Source: Octopus sinensis
Lineage: Eukaryota
Direction: 5' to 3'
NCBI RefSeq assembly: GCF_006345805.1
Contig: NC_042999.1
Span: 167,462,001 to 167,526,000 of the forward strand
Length of the DNA: 64,000 nt
This document shows positions 51,020 to 63,269 of the stretch, in pieces; position 1 is the first letter of the stretch, and the number at the start of each line of letters is the position of its first letter. Both the position numbers and the translations under genes were made by a program. The notes under the pieces are model-generated. The model made no database searches, had not been told where the DNA came from, and saw only the letters and a program-made list of their open reading frames with translations.

Positions 51020-51792
51020 GGATCTTTTCGGTTTGAACGGCCGTTTGTAACATAATTTCTAGGTAACTAAAAATTTTAAACTTCGTATACTGGTAGAATG
51101 TGTTTACAAAACATCTATTTCTCTTGGCTTTATTGAGAAAATACTATAGTTTGTAACATATTTTGTCTTTAATTTCTTGCATTTCGGCAATTTTAACCAA
51201 TCGATTACCTCCATTGACGTAAACAACATTCCGTGCTGTATGAATATGTCCCTCGTTTAAGAAACAGATTGGGTTTATTTACATTTGTTAAGAAAAAAAG
51301 ATACCCTTCCCCTAACCCTAACCCAAACCCTAACTCTAACCCTAAATCTAAAATAGATTGAAATGCAATAGATCAATACTAGGGCCATAATTATGGGTGT
51401 CATATGAGATTTTCACCCATAATTATGGCCCTAGTATCGATCTATTGCATTTCAATCTATTTTAGATTTAGGGTTAGAGTTAGGGTTAGGGTTAGGGTTA
51501 GGGAAGGGTATCTTTTTTTCTTAACAAATGTAAATAAAACCCAATCTGTTTCTTAAACGAGGGACATATTCATACAGCACGGAATGTTGTTTACGTCAAT
51601 GGGGTAATCGATTGGTAAAATTGCCGAAAAGCAAGAAATTAAAGACAAAATATGTTACAAACTATAGTATTTTCTCAATAAAGCCAAGAGAAATAGATGT
51701 TTTATAAACACATTCTACCAGTATACGAAGTTTAAAACTTTTTAGTTACCTAGAAATTATGTTACAAACGGCCGTTCAAACCGAAAAGACCC
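51020..51792. mobile_element. Fold-back MITE with (CCCTAA)n/(TTAGGG)n in its arms, 8-bp TSD GAAGTTAG; Merlin-like
   Basis: Near-perfect 773-bp palindrome; GG termini; TSD at 51012-51019 and 51793-51800. Confidence 0.85.
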
Positions 51793-51844
51793 GAAGTTAG
51801 GATTGATTTTGCGCTTTTAAGAATTATATCCTTTAAATTTAATG

Positions 51845-52775
51845 GGATCTTTTCCCTTTGAACAGCAGATCGACAAAAATTTATATTTACAAAATACTTT
51901 CAAAATTCGTATTCTGAGAGAATGTGTTATATAAAACATCTTTTACTCTTAGCGTTTTTGAGAAAAATTTATATTAACGAAGTTATTTCGTGTCAAAGTT
52001 GTCGTATTTCGGTAATTTCAACCAATCAATGACGTGTATTCAGCTGAATAAAATTACTGCTGTTGTTTGTCAACAACAACTTCCGGTGGTGTATATTTCG
52101 TTTGTCACTATTATTTATGACATATTTCATCTCAGTTACGTTTGTATGAATAAACGAGTGTATCTGAAGCATGTTTACTTCATGGCACCACCATAATCGT
52201 TCGTGCATTTCTACTGCTTTTAGTTTTTTCCTGTTTTTCAGCTACTATTTTCGGAATGACATTTTTTGCCCCTATCCCTCAAATTTCTTCATTTTTCATT
52301 TGTTTTCTTAACTCTAACCCTAAAACTCCAACCCTACCCTAACTCTAAAACCCTAACTCTAAAACCCTAACCCTAAAACCCTAGCCCTAAAACCCTAACC
52401 CTAACTCTAAAACCCTAACCTTAACCCTAAAACCTTAACCCTAAAACCTTAACCCTAAAACCTTAACGCTAAAACCAGTACAAACGCGCGAATGATGTCA
52501 TAAATATCAGTGACAAATTAAATATACACCACCGATAGTTGTTGCTGACAATCAACGGCAATAATTTTATTCAGCTGAATACACGTCATTGATTGGTTGA
52601 AATTAGCGAAATACGACAACTTTAACGCGAAATAACTTCGTAAATATAAATTTTTCTCAAAAACGCTAAGAGTAAAATATATTTTATATGACACATTCTA
52701 CCAGTGTCCGAAATTTGAAAGTGTTTAGTTACAAAAAATTATTTTCTAAATCTGCCGGTCAACAGGTAAAGATAC
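51845..52775. mobile_element. Related MITE with ~270-bp TIRs, an internal telomere-like tract and 8-bp TSD ATTTAATG
   Basis: GGATCTTT / AAAGATAC ends; TSD at 51837-51844 and 52776-52783; tract at 52310-52472. Confidence 0.85.
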
Positions 52776-52898
52776 ATTTAATGATCATGGAATTTACAAG
52801 ATACCAAGTAATAAACCTAGAAAAGATACACTTGAAAGATTTATTAGATAAACGAGAATCCTGAACAAGTTTTACAAAATATTAAAAATATTCATATA

Positions 52899-53310
52899 GG
52901 CGCAGGAGTGGCTGTGTGGTAAGTAGCTTGCTAACCAACCACATGGTTCCGGGTTCAGTCCCACTGCGTGGCACCTTGGGCAAGTGTCTTCTACTATAGC
53001 CTCGGGCCGACCAAAGCCTTGTGAGTGGATTTGGTAGACGGAAACTGAAAGAAGCCCGTCGTATATATGTATATATATGTATGTGTGTGTTTGTCTGTGT
53101 TTGACCCCCTAGCATTGCTTGACAACCGATGCTGGTGTGTTTACGTCCCCGTCACTTAGCGGTTCGGCAAAAACAGACCGATAGAATAAGTACTGGGCTT
53201 ACAAAAAAAGAATAAGTCCCGGGGTCGATTTGCTCGACTAAAGGCGGTGCTCCAGCATGGCCGCAGTCAAATGACTGAAACAAGTAAAAGAGTAAAAGAG
53301 TAAAGAGTAG
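52899..53310 (+). mobile_element. SINE family A, full length
   Basis: Near-identical to 44857-45287. Confidence 0.92.
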
Positions 53311-53387
53311 AAGTGGAAATGAAATTTATTGAATGATATAAAAAGAAAAATATATATTCTCACAAACACATGAAATCATGTATATAT

Positions 53388-53660
53388 AAGGCGTGGCTGT
53401 GTAGAAAAAAACTCCTTTCCCAAGCACATGGTTCAGGGTTCAGTCCCACTATAGCATCGGATCGACCAAAGCTTTGTGTGTGTTGATCTCCCACCACCGC
53501 ATGACACCCCATACTGGTGTGTTTACGTCCCCATAACTTAGCGGTTCGGCAAAACACACTGATAGAATAAGTCTCAGGTTTTAAAAAGTAAGTATTGTGG
53601 TCGATACATTCGACTAAAAATTCTTCTAGGCAGTTCTCTAAAGCCTGAAACAAGTAAGAG
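53388..53660 (+). mobile_element. SINE family A relative, deleted and diverged
   Basis: Head and tail modules recognisable. Confidence 0.7.
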
Positions 53661-54047
53661 ATTATATAGGTAAATCGAAACTAAAGCTAAAAACAAGACA
53701 ACAAAAGTCAATAGGACGAACACTGCGGATGTATGAGGTTGACGCTCAGTTTACGATGGGAAAAGAAGTGGGTGTGGTGTGCTAAGCATGGCTCTTCGTC
53801 GGAAAGGGGAAAATTAATAGGCAAGTAGATAAATCTGCATATTAATCTCCGTATTCATTGTAATCGTCTTAAATATACACTCGGTAAACTATTTATAATC
53901 CAGCGAAGCGAATCCAAGATTTATCCATTGGATGAAATACAGTGAGGATTGCCTACCTCAAGTAATCTTAGGTGCTCCTTACCACTCGATGCGGTAGGAT
54001 TATAGCTGAGTGCTTGAGCAGTACCCACCTGGATACATTATCCCTCT

Positions 54048-54122
<75 letters not shown>

Positions 54123-54127
<5 letters not shown>

Positions 54128-54378
54128 CAAAATAAGCAACAGGATATCAAGTAGTAATACAGGACGACCGTTTCAAGCGGCTCCATTTAATAGAACAATG
54201 CAATCATTACATCAATTTGAATGCAGTGCACAAAATACAGAATTTAACAAGTAGGCCATATTAATATATTTTTTCTTAAATTCATGTTGTCGCTATTGTA
54301 GCAAAATGGCTAAGAATAGACTACAATTTCTTCTAGTACTGCATTACTACTTGATATCCTGTTGCTTATTTTGATTTT
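54123..54378. mobile_element. PLE-end fold-back; ~40-bp arms abutting a hammerhead 3' half
   Basis: 54123-54162 inverts 54339-54378; minus strand GAAA-cggtcg-TC at 54174-54163. Confidence 0.65.
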
Positions 54379-54461
54379 ATTCTCCATACTTCGAGCTGTG
54401 CGTATAATACCGGACTGACTTGGTCCTTCAACTTAAGTACCTAATTCAACTGACTCTTTAT

Positions 54462-54501
<40 letters not shown>

Positions 54502-54570
54502 GGAGTAACACATAAATGTGAAACAATGTGGAAAAAAGACTACTCAAATACCAGTGGTTGAGTAATATGC

Positions 54571-54665
54571 TTTATTTAATAGCAGCAGAAAATTCAACAA
54601 AACGAACGGGAACGTGAAACTCAGAGTAACAGCTTTTGTTGAATTTTCTGCTGCTTTTAAATAAA
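54571..54665 (+). mobile_element. PLE-end fold-back with a 5'-truncated hammerhead in the spacer
   Basis: Arms 54571-54602 and 54634-54665; CGA-acg-ggaa-cgt-GAAA-ctc-a-gag-TA-acag at 54603-54632. Confidence 0.75.
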
Positions 54666-54668
54666 GTA

Positions 54669-54727
<59 letters not shown>

Positions 54728-54734
54728 TCCTTTA

Positions 54735-54830
54735 TAAACTATACTTTGATACTTTGATACTTTGATAGGTTTCGGCCATTATTGGCCCAGGCCATGTCTA
54801 ACATAATAGCACCACCTGGTGAAGTCTTTC
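54735..54830 (-). mobile_element. Extreme 3' end of another CR1 subfamily
   Basis: ggtggtgc...catggcctg-GGCC-aataat-GGCC-gaaac plus (TATCAAAG)n tail. Confidence 0.6.
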
Positions 54831-55506
54831 AAGTCAGAATTTGGGCACTATGACCCACTCAAGTAGAGAGTTATTGTTTACAGAGACATATCCGGGTGTA
54901 GGGGGTTTATCCGGGATTTCTTGAAGGAATCTGTCCAAAGACTTCTTGAACCCTATAGGGTCAGTTTCTGTTTTAATGTGTTTTGGTGTAATGTATCTCT
55001 ATATTTCCTAATTTTGTTTCCAAGATTTTTAACTTTTGTTTTATAATTCTGGTATTCATTAAGATTTAACGTACAATCATAACTTACCTACTTTAATCAC
55101 GTTTACAATAAAACAATTACGTGGAGCTTAAGTTATATTCTCAAAAGTGAATTGGTTTTTTTTATATGTAAAAATGTTGTTTGTATTCAAACGTTCAAAT
55201 TTTGCTACAAAGCCAGTAATTTTGACAGAGAGAGCGTGGGTCGATGAAACTTTAAATGTCTTTTCCAAGTAGCACTATTAAATTAGACATGTATACAAGT
55301 AGCACTATTAAATTATAGCCCAATACTGGCCGAACGTTATCTAAGTATATAATAAGCATAATTTTTCTAAAAATATTTAGTATATTTGATAGATAACTAA
55401 TTGTCGTGACGTAGAACCTCCATGTTTCATATGTTTATCTTTTATGCTTTCATTATCCACTGACGTCACCAAGAGTTAAATACAAAAATAGCTTTTTTTA
55501 GATTAT

Positions 55507-55907
55507 ACTCTTTACTCTTTTACTTGTTTCAGTCATTTGACTGCGGCCATGCTGGAGCACCGCCTTTAATCGAGCAACTCGACCCCGGGACTTATTCTTT
55601 GTAAGCCCAGTACTTATTCTATCGGTCTCTTTTGCCGAACCGCTAAGTAACGGGGACATAAACACACCAGCATCGGTTGTCAAGCAATGCTAGGGGGACA
55701 AACACAGACACACAAACACATACACACATATATATACATATATACGACAGGCTTCTTTCAGTTTCCGTCTACCAAATCCACTCACAAGGCATTGGTCGGC
55801 CCGGGGCTATAGCAGAAGACATTTGCCCAAGGTACCACGCAGTGGGACTGAACCCGGAACCATGTGGTTGGTTAGCAAGCTACTTACCACACAGCCACTC
55901 CTGCGCC
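55507..55907 (-). mobile_element. SINE family A, full length
   Basis: Reverse complement of family A. Confidence 0.92.
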
Positions 55908-56409
55908 TATTATATTTCTTTTTAACATTATTTTGTATGCGTTTGCGTGGTGCTCGAAATATTTTCTTAGTTCACTTCGAATTTAAATAATTCTGGATCG
56001 CCTTGAAAACGTTGTGTTAACATGTACTTTCAGATATATTAATTTGAATATTTTCTGCATCTAAATATGTTGATACAACACAAACGACCGTCGTGAATTC
56101 AATAATGAAAGATGTGACTTTCTCTTTTAGAATTTTTGTTGTCTAATACTCCGAATTTCTTGAAATTCTTGTAAATGATATTTGGATCTACTTGTTATAC
56201 ATGAGGAATTTCCTTGGATATGTATTCTACTTGCATTTATTGGCGTCTGATTGTTTGATATACCTGACTAAATTCGTTTAAAACAGACTGATTTATTGAT
56301 ATCTACCGGGATTTTTTAATCTCTTTGTTCTTATATGTGTGTGTGTGTATATTATATCTGTATATATACACATACATGCATGAATATATGCATTTGTGTA
56401 TGTGTGTGT

Positions 56410-56460
<51 letters not shown>

Positions 56461-57933
56461 CTACAGGTTTACCCACACTGCGTGGTATACATCATACCGT
56501 TAAGGATTAATAATAGCCTTCATAACGATGACACAACGAATACCGCGATGTCTTCCTTTGCTCCGCTATTTCCTATCTTATTGAATTCTGATTCAGTTGA
56601 TTTAGTCACACTCTTTTCATTTTCAATTTGGCGAATTTCTGCTCACCACATCTCTCTTCATAATGTTTCATTAAGATAACCTGCCCGGATCCAGCATGTG
56701 CGTTGTACCTAGTTTCGATTACCTCTTTCATTTCCAGTTTAGATTCTTTTACTTCAACAGTATACCTCAAACTCTCTTTCGTTGCAATATCCCAGAATGC
56801 GTCAAACAAACATTAGCATTCACGAAATATCTTAACATTAAATTCTTCCATCACGATGAGAGACAAACCGCTCTCATACAAATATATTATCATAATTTTC
56901 TAAACCATGCCGTTCTTATCAGTGTCTCCTGCATTTAGAATGGCCATAAGAGATTCAGTAAGGGGCTAGCTTGATAACACCAACCTTTGATCTTGAAGCA
57001 TTATAATATGATTTCAAATTTCGGCACAAGGTTAGCAATTTTATGGAGAATGGTGTTAGTGGATTCGACCTCGAAAGGATGAAATACAAAGTTGTTTTCG
57101 AAGGGATTTGAACTCAGAATACTAAGCATTTTGTCTGACTCGCAAACGATCCTGGATGCTGTTCGCCTTTAATTTTCTTTTAAATTTTGGAAAGACGCTA
57201 GCAATTTTGAGGCGAGGAGTTAATCAATTATAGGAGTTATCAATTATTCGACTGCAACTTACTTATTGACCTGGAGAGGATGAAAGCAAATATCAATTTG
57301 GCAGGATTTGAACTCAAAACGTGGAGCCGGAAAAAATCCGCTAAAAATACGACAGGTTAACAATTCTGCCAGCTGTCAGCCTTATCATGATCATAAATAA
57401 TAAATAATGATAATTTATACACAATACGTCGTATACCGGAAAATCTGAAATAAACTTAAGTAGCTAAATCTAGTCTTTAAAACCTTCGCTATGAAACATA
57501 TACATCTTGCGAATTTAACGACATTAAATACATCTTATCTTTTCTAATTCACGCTGTGTTATGCATAAAATATATTTTGTTTATTTAATCTCGCCGCCGA
57601 CCAGTGTACATTATGTAATTTCAGTGGCCATTTCAGGCAACTTCTGGTTTGTGTTTGATTTAAATAGTGATTAACCCAATTTCTTTTGTGGGGCTGATGA
57701 TTGAGAAGTGCATGCTTTCGGGTGAATTGTCAATTTGCTAGAAACATTTCAAAGCAATCGTCTTTATTGTCCTGTATGCCAAGCGAATAACAATGAATTT
57801 ACATATGTTTATGTTTCACAGTCAACGTCTTACCTGTTGTACTTTACTATAAATTATCTTACAGATTTTGTTGTGCATAGAATATATGATATACATAAGC
57901 ACACACGCTGACACTTATCTATCTATCTACCTC

Positions 57934-57993
<60 letters not shown>

Positions 57994-58029
57994 GAAGAGT
58001 TTTACTCGAACGAATCGATCTCAGTACTT

Positions 58030-58173
58030 ATATTTAAGTACTGGTACTTATTCTATTAGTCACATTGGCGAACTTATAAACTGCGGGGGCGTAAACAAAC
58101 TAACACCGGTGTGGGAGAAAATGCAAACATAAACACACACACATACACACACATATATGTTTGTATGCATGTA

Positions 58174-58249
<76 letters not shown>

Positions 58250-58420
58250 ATATATATATATATATATACGACGGGCTTCTTTCAGTTTCCGCCTACCAAG
58301 ATCACTCACAAGTCTTTCATCAGCCAGGGACTATAGTGGAAGACACTTGCCCAAGCTGCCACATAACGAGACTGAACCCGGAACCATATGGTTTGGAAGT
58401 GAATTCTTTCTACACAGACA
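58030..58420 (-). mobile_element. SINE family A, diverged
   Basis: Both modules flank an internal (TA)n. Confidence 0.7.
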
Positions 58421-58616
58421 CACCTATGCGTATGTATACACACAAATATGTGTGAATGTGTATTTGTGTGTATGCAAGGGTAATACATATTAAAATTAAT
58501 AAGTACGCGCGCACACACACACACACACGCACGTATATACATACACACATATATACACACACACTCACACACACACAAACACACACACACACCACACACA
58601 CATATATATATATATT

Positions 58617-58825
58617 ACTCTTTACTCTTTTACTTGTTTCAGTCATTTGACTGCGGCCATGCTGGAGCACCACCTTTAGTCGAGCAAATCGACCCCGGGA
58701 CTTATTCTTTGTAAGCCCAGTACTTATTCTATCGGTCTCTTATGCCGAACCGCTAAGTGATGGGGACGTAAACACACCAGCATCGGTTGTCAAGCAATGC
58801 TAGGGGAACAAACAGAGACAAGCAA

Positions 58826-58858
<33 letters not shown>

Positions 58859-59240
58859 CATATATACGACAGGCTTCTTTCAGTTTCCGTCTACCAAATC
58901 CACTCACAAGGCATTGGTCGGCCCGGGGCTATAGCAGAAGACACTTGCCCAAGATGCCACGCAGCGGGACTGAACCCGGAACCATGTGGTTGGTTAGCAA
59001 GCTACTTACCACACAGCCACTCCTGCGCCAAACCATATATATATTATATATATATACATATATACGACAGGCTTCTTTCAGTTTCCGTCTACCAAATCCA
59101 CTCACAAGGCATTGGTCGGCCCGGGGCTATAGCAGAAGACACTTGCCCAAGATGCCACGCAGCGGGACTGAACCCGGAACCATGTGGTTGGTTAGCAAGC
59201 TACTTACCACACAGCCACTCCTGCGCCAAACCATATATAT
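58617..59240 (-). mobile_element. SINE family A (58617-59029) plus a tandem duplicate of its head module (59060-59227)
   Basis: Identical head and identical aaaccatatat flank repeated. Confidence 0.9.
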
Positions 59241-59998
59241 ATATATATATAACGTATATCTCCTCTGGAAATAAGCTCTTGTTCCTACCACTCACAGCAA
59301 TAAAATAATTATGTGATTCTGTGCTGAACAGATTATATTTAAAAAATGCAGTCAGAAAAATTACCAGTTGTATAGTAAAACAGTGAAGTGCATAAACTAA
59401 CAGCGGAATGTAGCGGAAAAAAAGCCAAATCATACAAAATCTTTTTGTTTTTGTCACATAATAATAATAATTCTTTCTTATTTTGGGCACAAAGCCAACA
59501 AACTTGAGCAAAGTAGACTAGTCGATTAGATCGACCTTAGTAGTCAACTGGACTTACTTTTTCGACGCCGAAAGAACGAAAGGTAAAGATGACCTACCCA
59601 GAATTTGCACTCTGGAGACAAAGCCGAAAGAAACGCCGCAATGTGCTAAAGATTCTACCTGCTCACCGCCTTATAGTAGTTTCCTCTAGAGGCACAAAGC
59701 CTGACATTTTAAATGAGGAGTAAGTCAATTACATCGACCCCAGTGTTCAACTGATACTTACATTCATCGATTCCAAAAGGATAAAAGATAATGTCGACTT
59801 TGGCGGAATTTGAACTCAAAACGTAAAAGAAATTCGGTTCTAATGTTTCTAGCGCTCGCCGCCATTTTTTAACATCGTTACTTTAAAAATAATAATGGCT
59901 TCAAATTTTGGCACAAGGCCAGCAGTTTCGGGGACGTGGGTAAATCGATTACGTTGACCCCAGTGTTTGCCTGAATGTAAAAGTTTGCATGAATGTTT

Positions 59999-60367
59999 GC
60001 ATGAAGTAAAAGTTCTATATTCTCATATGATTCATGAAGATGAACGGAGTATGCAACAAGAATGGAGGCATTCAAATTACCATTATGGAGAAGTACAGCT
60101 TTTAAACTTCGTTTTGAAGACTCAATAAACAAACACCACTCTGGAGGATCATGATTTTGTAATTAACATTCGAAAAATCCATCAACGTTACTGCAAAAGC
60201 AAAGCGGGCCGTGTACAGAAAAACACGTTTGTAGAACCACATTTCTCTGCCGTAAATAAGTTATACGAACACCGTGCTCTAGCAGATGCTTCTTCTTGAT
60301 GCCAACAGTTCTGCTTCATCTTTATCTTTTGAGAGGGATAGGTCTCTGACAAGTTCATTCAGTTCAG
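59999..60367 (-). mobile_element. Isolated Chapaev3-like transposase fragment inserted in a family B SINE
   Basis: FIESSKRSLKAVLLHNGN; matches ~61786-62100. Confidence 0.85.
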
Positions 60368-60751
60368 TTTTATCAACTTCGAAAGGATTAAAGTCGACCT
60401 CAGCGGAATTTGAATTCAAAAAGTAAACACAGACGAAATGCTGCTAAGCATTTTGTTGGGCGTGCCGGCCGGCCCTTCTCTTATTTTTATAATAATGACT
60501 AAGCTAGAGTACACTAGAAAATAAAACTCATGTCTACACATGAAGGGAAATGCATATATTAGATTAATATCCAAGGGAGCCAAGCTCATGTTTCCAGCAC
60601 TCTCAGCAGTAAAATAATTGGTTCGATACCATGATCTATGGATAGCAAGGAAAAAACAAGAAATCTTCAGAGAAATATGGGTTATATACAAACCCAGAAA
60701 TTAACTAAAGGGAAGTAGCTGAAGATGCTGTAAATCTCTTATGTTTGATTA

Positions 60752-63006
60752 CATTAGTCAATAAAATTAAATGCATAATACACATTATGAAAGCAAACTA
60801 ACTTTTTTAGTCTAATTTCTCATGCTGATTTCAAAATGTCACTCTATCTGTATGCAGTACGTATCAGTTTTTCAGTAGATACATGCAAATATTTACATAT
60901 TTGTATATATGAAATCATTAACATAATAAATAAAGACATTATTTTTAGAAAGTGAATGAGTTTATTGCGTCAAAAATCATCGTACAAAGAGTGAATACAC
61001 AAAACATAGCTGAGACAAATCAGACAAACAGAGTTACAAACATTATGATTCAGAATCCCTGCGGTGTTCCTGATCTGGTTGATCGTGGTAAAGTATCCAG
61101 CAGTAGTCAGCCAGCATATTGTCGTTCCAGAAGCCTTGGTACCGCTTCTCCATGTTCACCAGACACTGCTCCAAGGTTATCTGTGAAGAAATCCAGATGG
61201 GAGCCCAGGAAGTGAACTTTCAGTGACATGCGACAACCCATTGCTGAATAACATTTCAGAAGATTCTTGATGCCATCCTTGTAGTCCATTGCCTTCTTAC
61301 TCCCAAGAGATTCTCACAGATTCAATTGAAAGCATTCCAGGCAGCCAGTTCCAGTTCATCCAGTGTTGTTTTGAAGTTGACATCTTTGAGTACTTCTCCA
61401 ATTTGGGGTCCGGCAAAGATATTCTCTTTCAACTTTCGCCTGTGTGACTTTGGAAAATATTTCTACAACATGCTCAAACCTCCTGGCATTTCTCTTCCTT
61501 AGTGTCTTTATAAACTGTTTCATCAATCCAAGCTTTATGTGTAAAAGAGGCAATAGAAATTTACGTGGATCTACAAGAGGTATATTCTGGATGCTAGACA
61601 GTCCTGGCTGGTATGATGTTCTTGTCTGCCACCTTGATTCCGAATAATGTCTGTCAGTTGCCCGACTATCCCCACAGACACAAGAAACAACAGTATTTTG
61701 TGAAACCTGGCTGCATTCCCATTCACATTCTAATAACTTTTATATCTCCACATATTTTCAATGAGTATCTTTCATAGACAATGGCATGAAGTAAAAGTTC
61801 TATATTCTCATATGATTCATGAAGATGAATGGAGTATGCAACAAGAATGGAGGCATTCAAATTACCATTATGGAGAAGTACAGCTTTTAAACTTTGTTTT
61901 GAAGACTCAATAAACAAACACCACTCTGGAGGATCGTGATTTTTTTAATTAACATTCGAAAAATCCATCAACGTTACTGCAAAAGCAAAGCGGGCCGTGT
62001 ACAGAAAAACACGTTTGTAGAACCACATTTCTTTGCCAACAGTTCTGCTTAATCTTTATCTTTTTTGAGGGATAGGTCTCTGACAAGTTCATTCAGTTCA
62101 GCTTGGGAAAATTTCTGAGGTTCAAAGATATCGTCATCAGCTATGTAATCTTCCTCATCAGCACTATCGTGACAGTCAGCATCATCATCTGATGCTTCAG
62201 TACCTTCATCTGGAGGAACTGGAATTGGCAGACTTCCATTATGAGGCTCAGGACTCATTGTAGAATCCAAATTTTGATACACAATTTTTTGTTTATTCTT
62301 CATAGAAAATCCTGTGACATTTATTTTGCAAATATAACAGTCATTAAAATGGTCTTTCGGCTCCCTCCATATCATTAGAATGGCAAAAGGCACGGGCTTC
62401 ATATTGAACTAGTCACGTACGCCATTTAGCAAGGTGAGCAGATAAAATGTGGTGCCCATAACTTGTCCTGATCTCCAAGAGGACACTCAAAGTATAGCTT
62501 ATAACTTTTCTCCATCTCTGGTGTTATTGTGCGTTTTTGAGCTTTCACAATAAATTGTCTATAGACATAAGAAAACACATCAGGAGGATTTCTACACTGT
62601 CTTGACATTGTTAACACTGTAAAACAAGTAATGAAATAGATACAAACGGTTATACTTATAGTGAGTTTGAAATTTTTCATCAGACCAATTCTGACTGGAC
62701 ACTTTCAGATGTTGAAATACCTTTTTCATCAGACAAAACTTGATTGGTTAATTTAAGATGATAAAATATTGCATCTGAACTGTGCAGCAATGAATATTGT
62801 AATTTATTTTAGATATAAATGGAATACATGCATACACGTCATTAATTGGAATTTTTATATAATGCACGAGCTAAAGCCAAAACACTTTCTCATCTTGAAA
62901 ACTGTACGTGATGTCAAAAAGCTAATTGTATATTTGAAATCAGCATTAAAAACTACACAAAGTACACCTTGACATACTCTTGATGAAAAATACTTGTTGC
63001 CCAGGG
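60752..63006 (-). mobile_element. Decayed Chapaev3-like (CMC superfamily) DNA transposon
   Basis: CRNPPDVF..LGDQDKLWAPH, WREPKDHFNDCYIC, SLKAVLLHNGN, PLLHIKLGLMKQF, MSLKVHFL.SHLDFF. Degenerate termini cattagtcaataaa / ttgttgcccaggg, inverted sub-terminal atgctgatttcaaa, TTA and TAA flanks. Confidence 0.8.
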
Positions 63007-63269
63007 TAATTTGCATTTCAGTCCTTCTAATTCAATTCGCTATGTTATTTATAATATAAACATGTATATGCATGTATATGCATATGTATATGTATTTATG
63101 TGTATATATATCTTAATACATATTCATATTTACATGCATACATTTATACATACATACATAAATACATACATACATACATACATACATACATACATACATA
63201 CATACATACATACATACATACATACATGCATACATGCATACATACACAGATACATTCATGTGTATATGC

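Noticed and set aside
51310-52472. True telomere or chromosome fusion point
   Set aside because: Tracts are short, degenerate and enclosed by TIRs and TSDs.
56500-56940. Possible host exon (67-aa and 80-aa ORFs)
   Set aside because: No recognisable domain, stops in all frames, no convincing splice pair.
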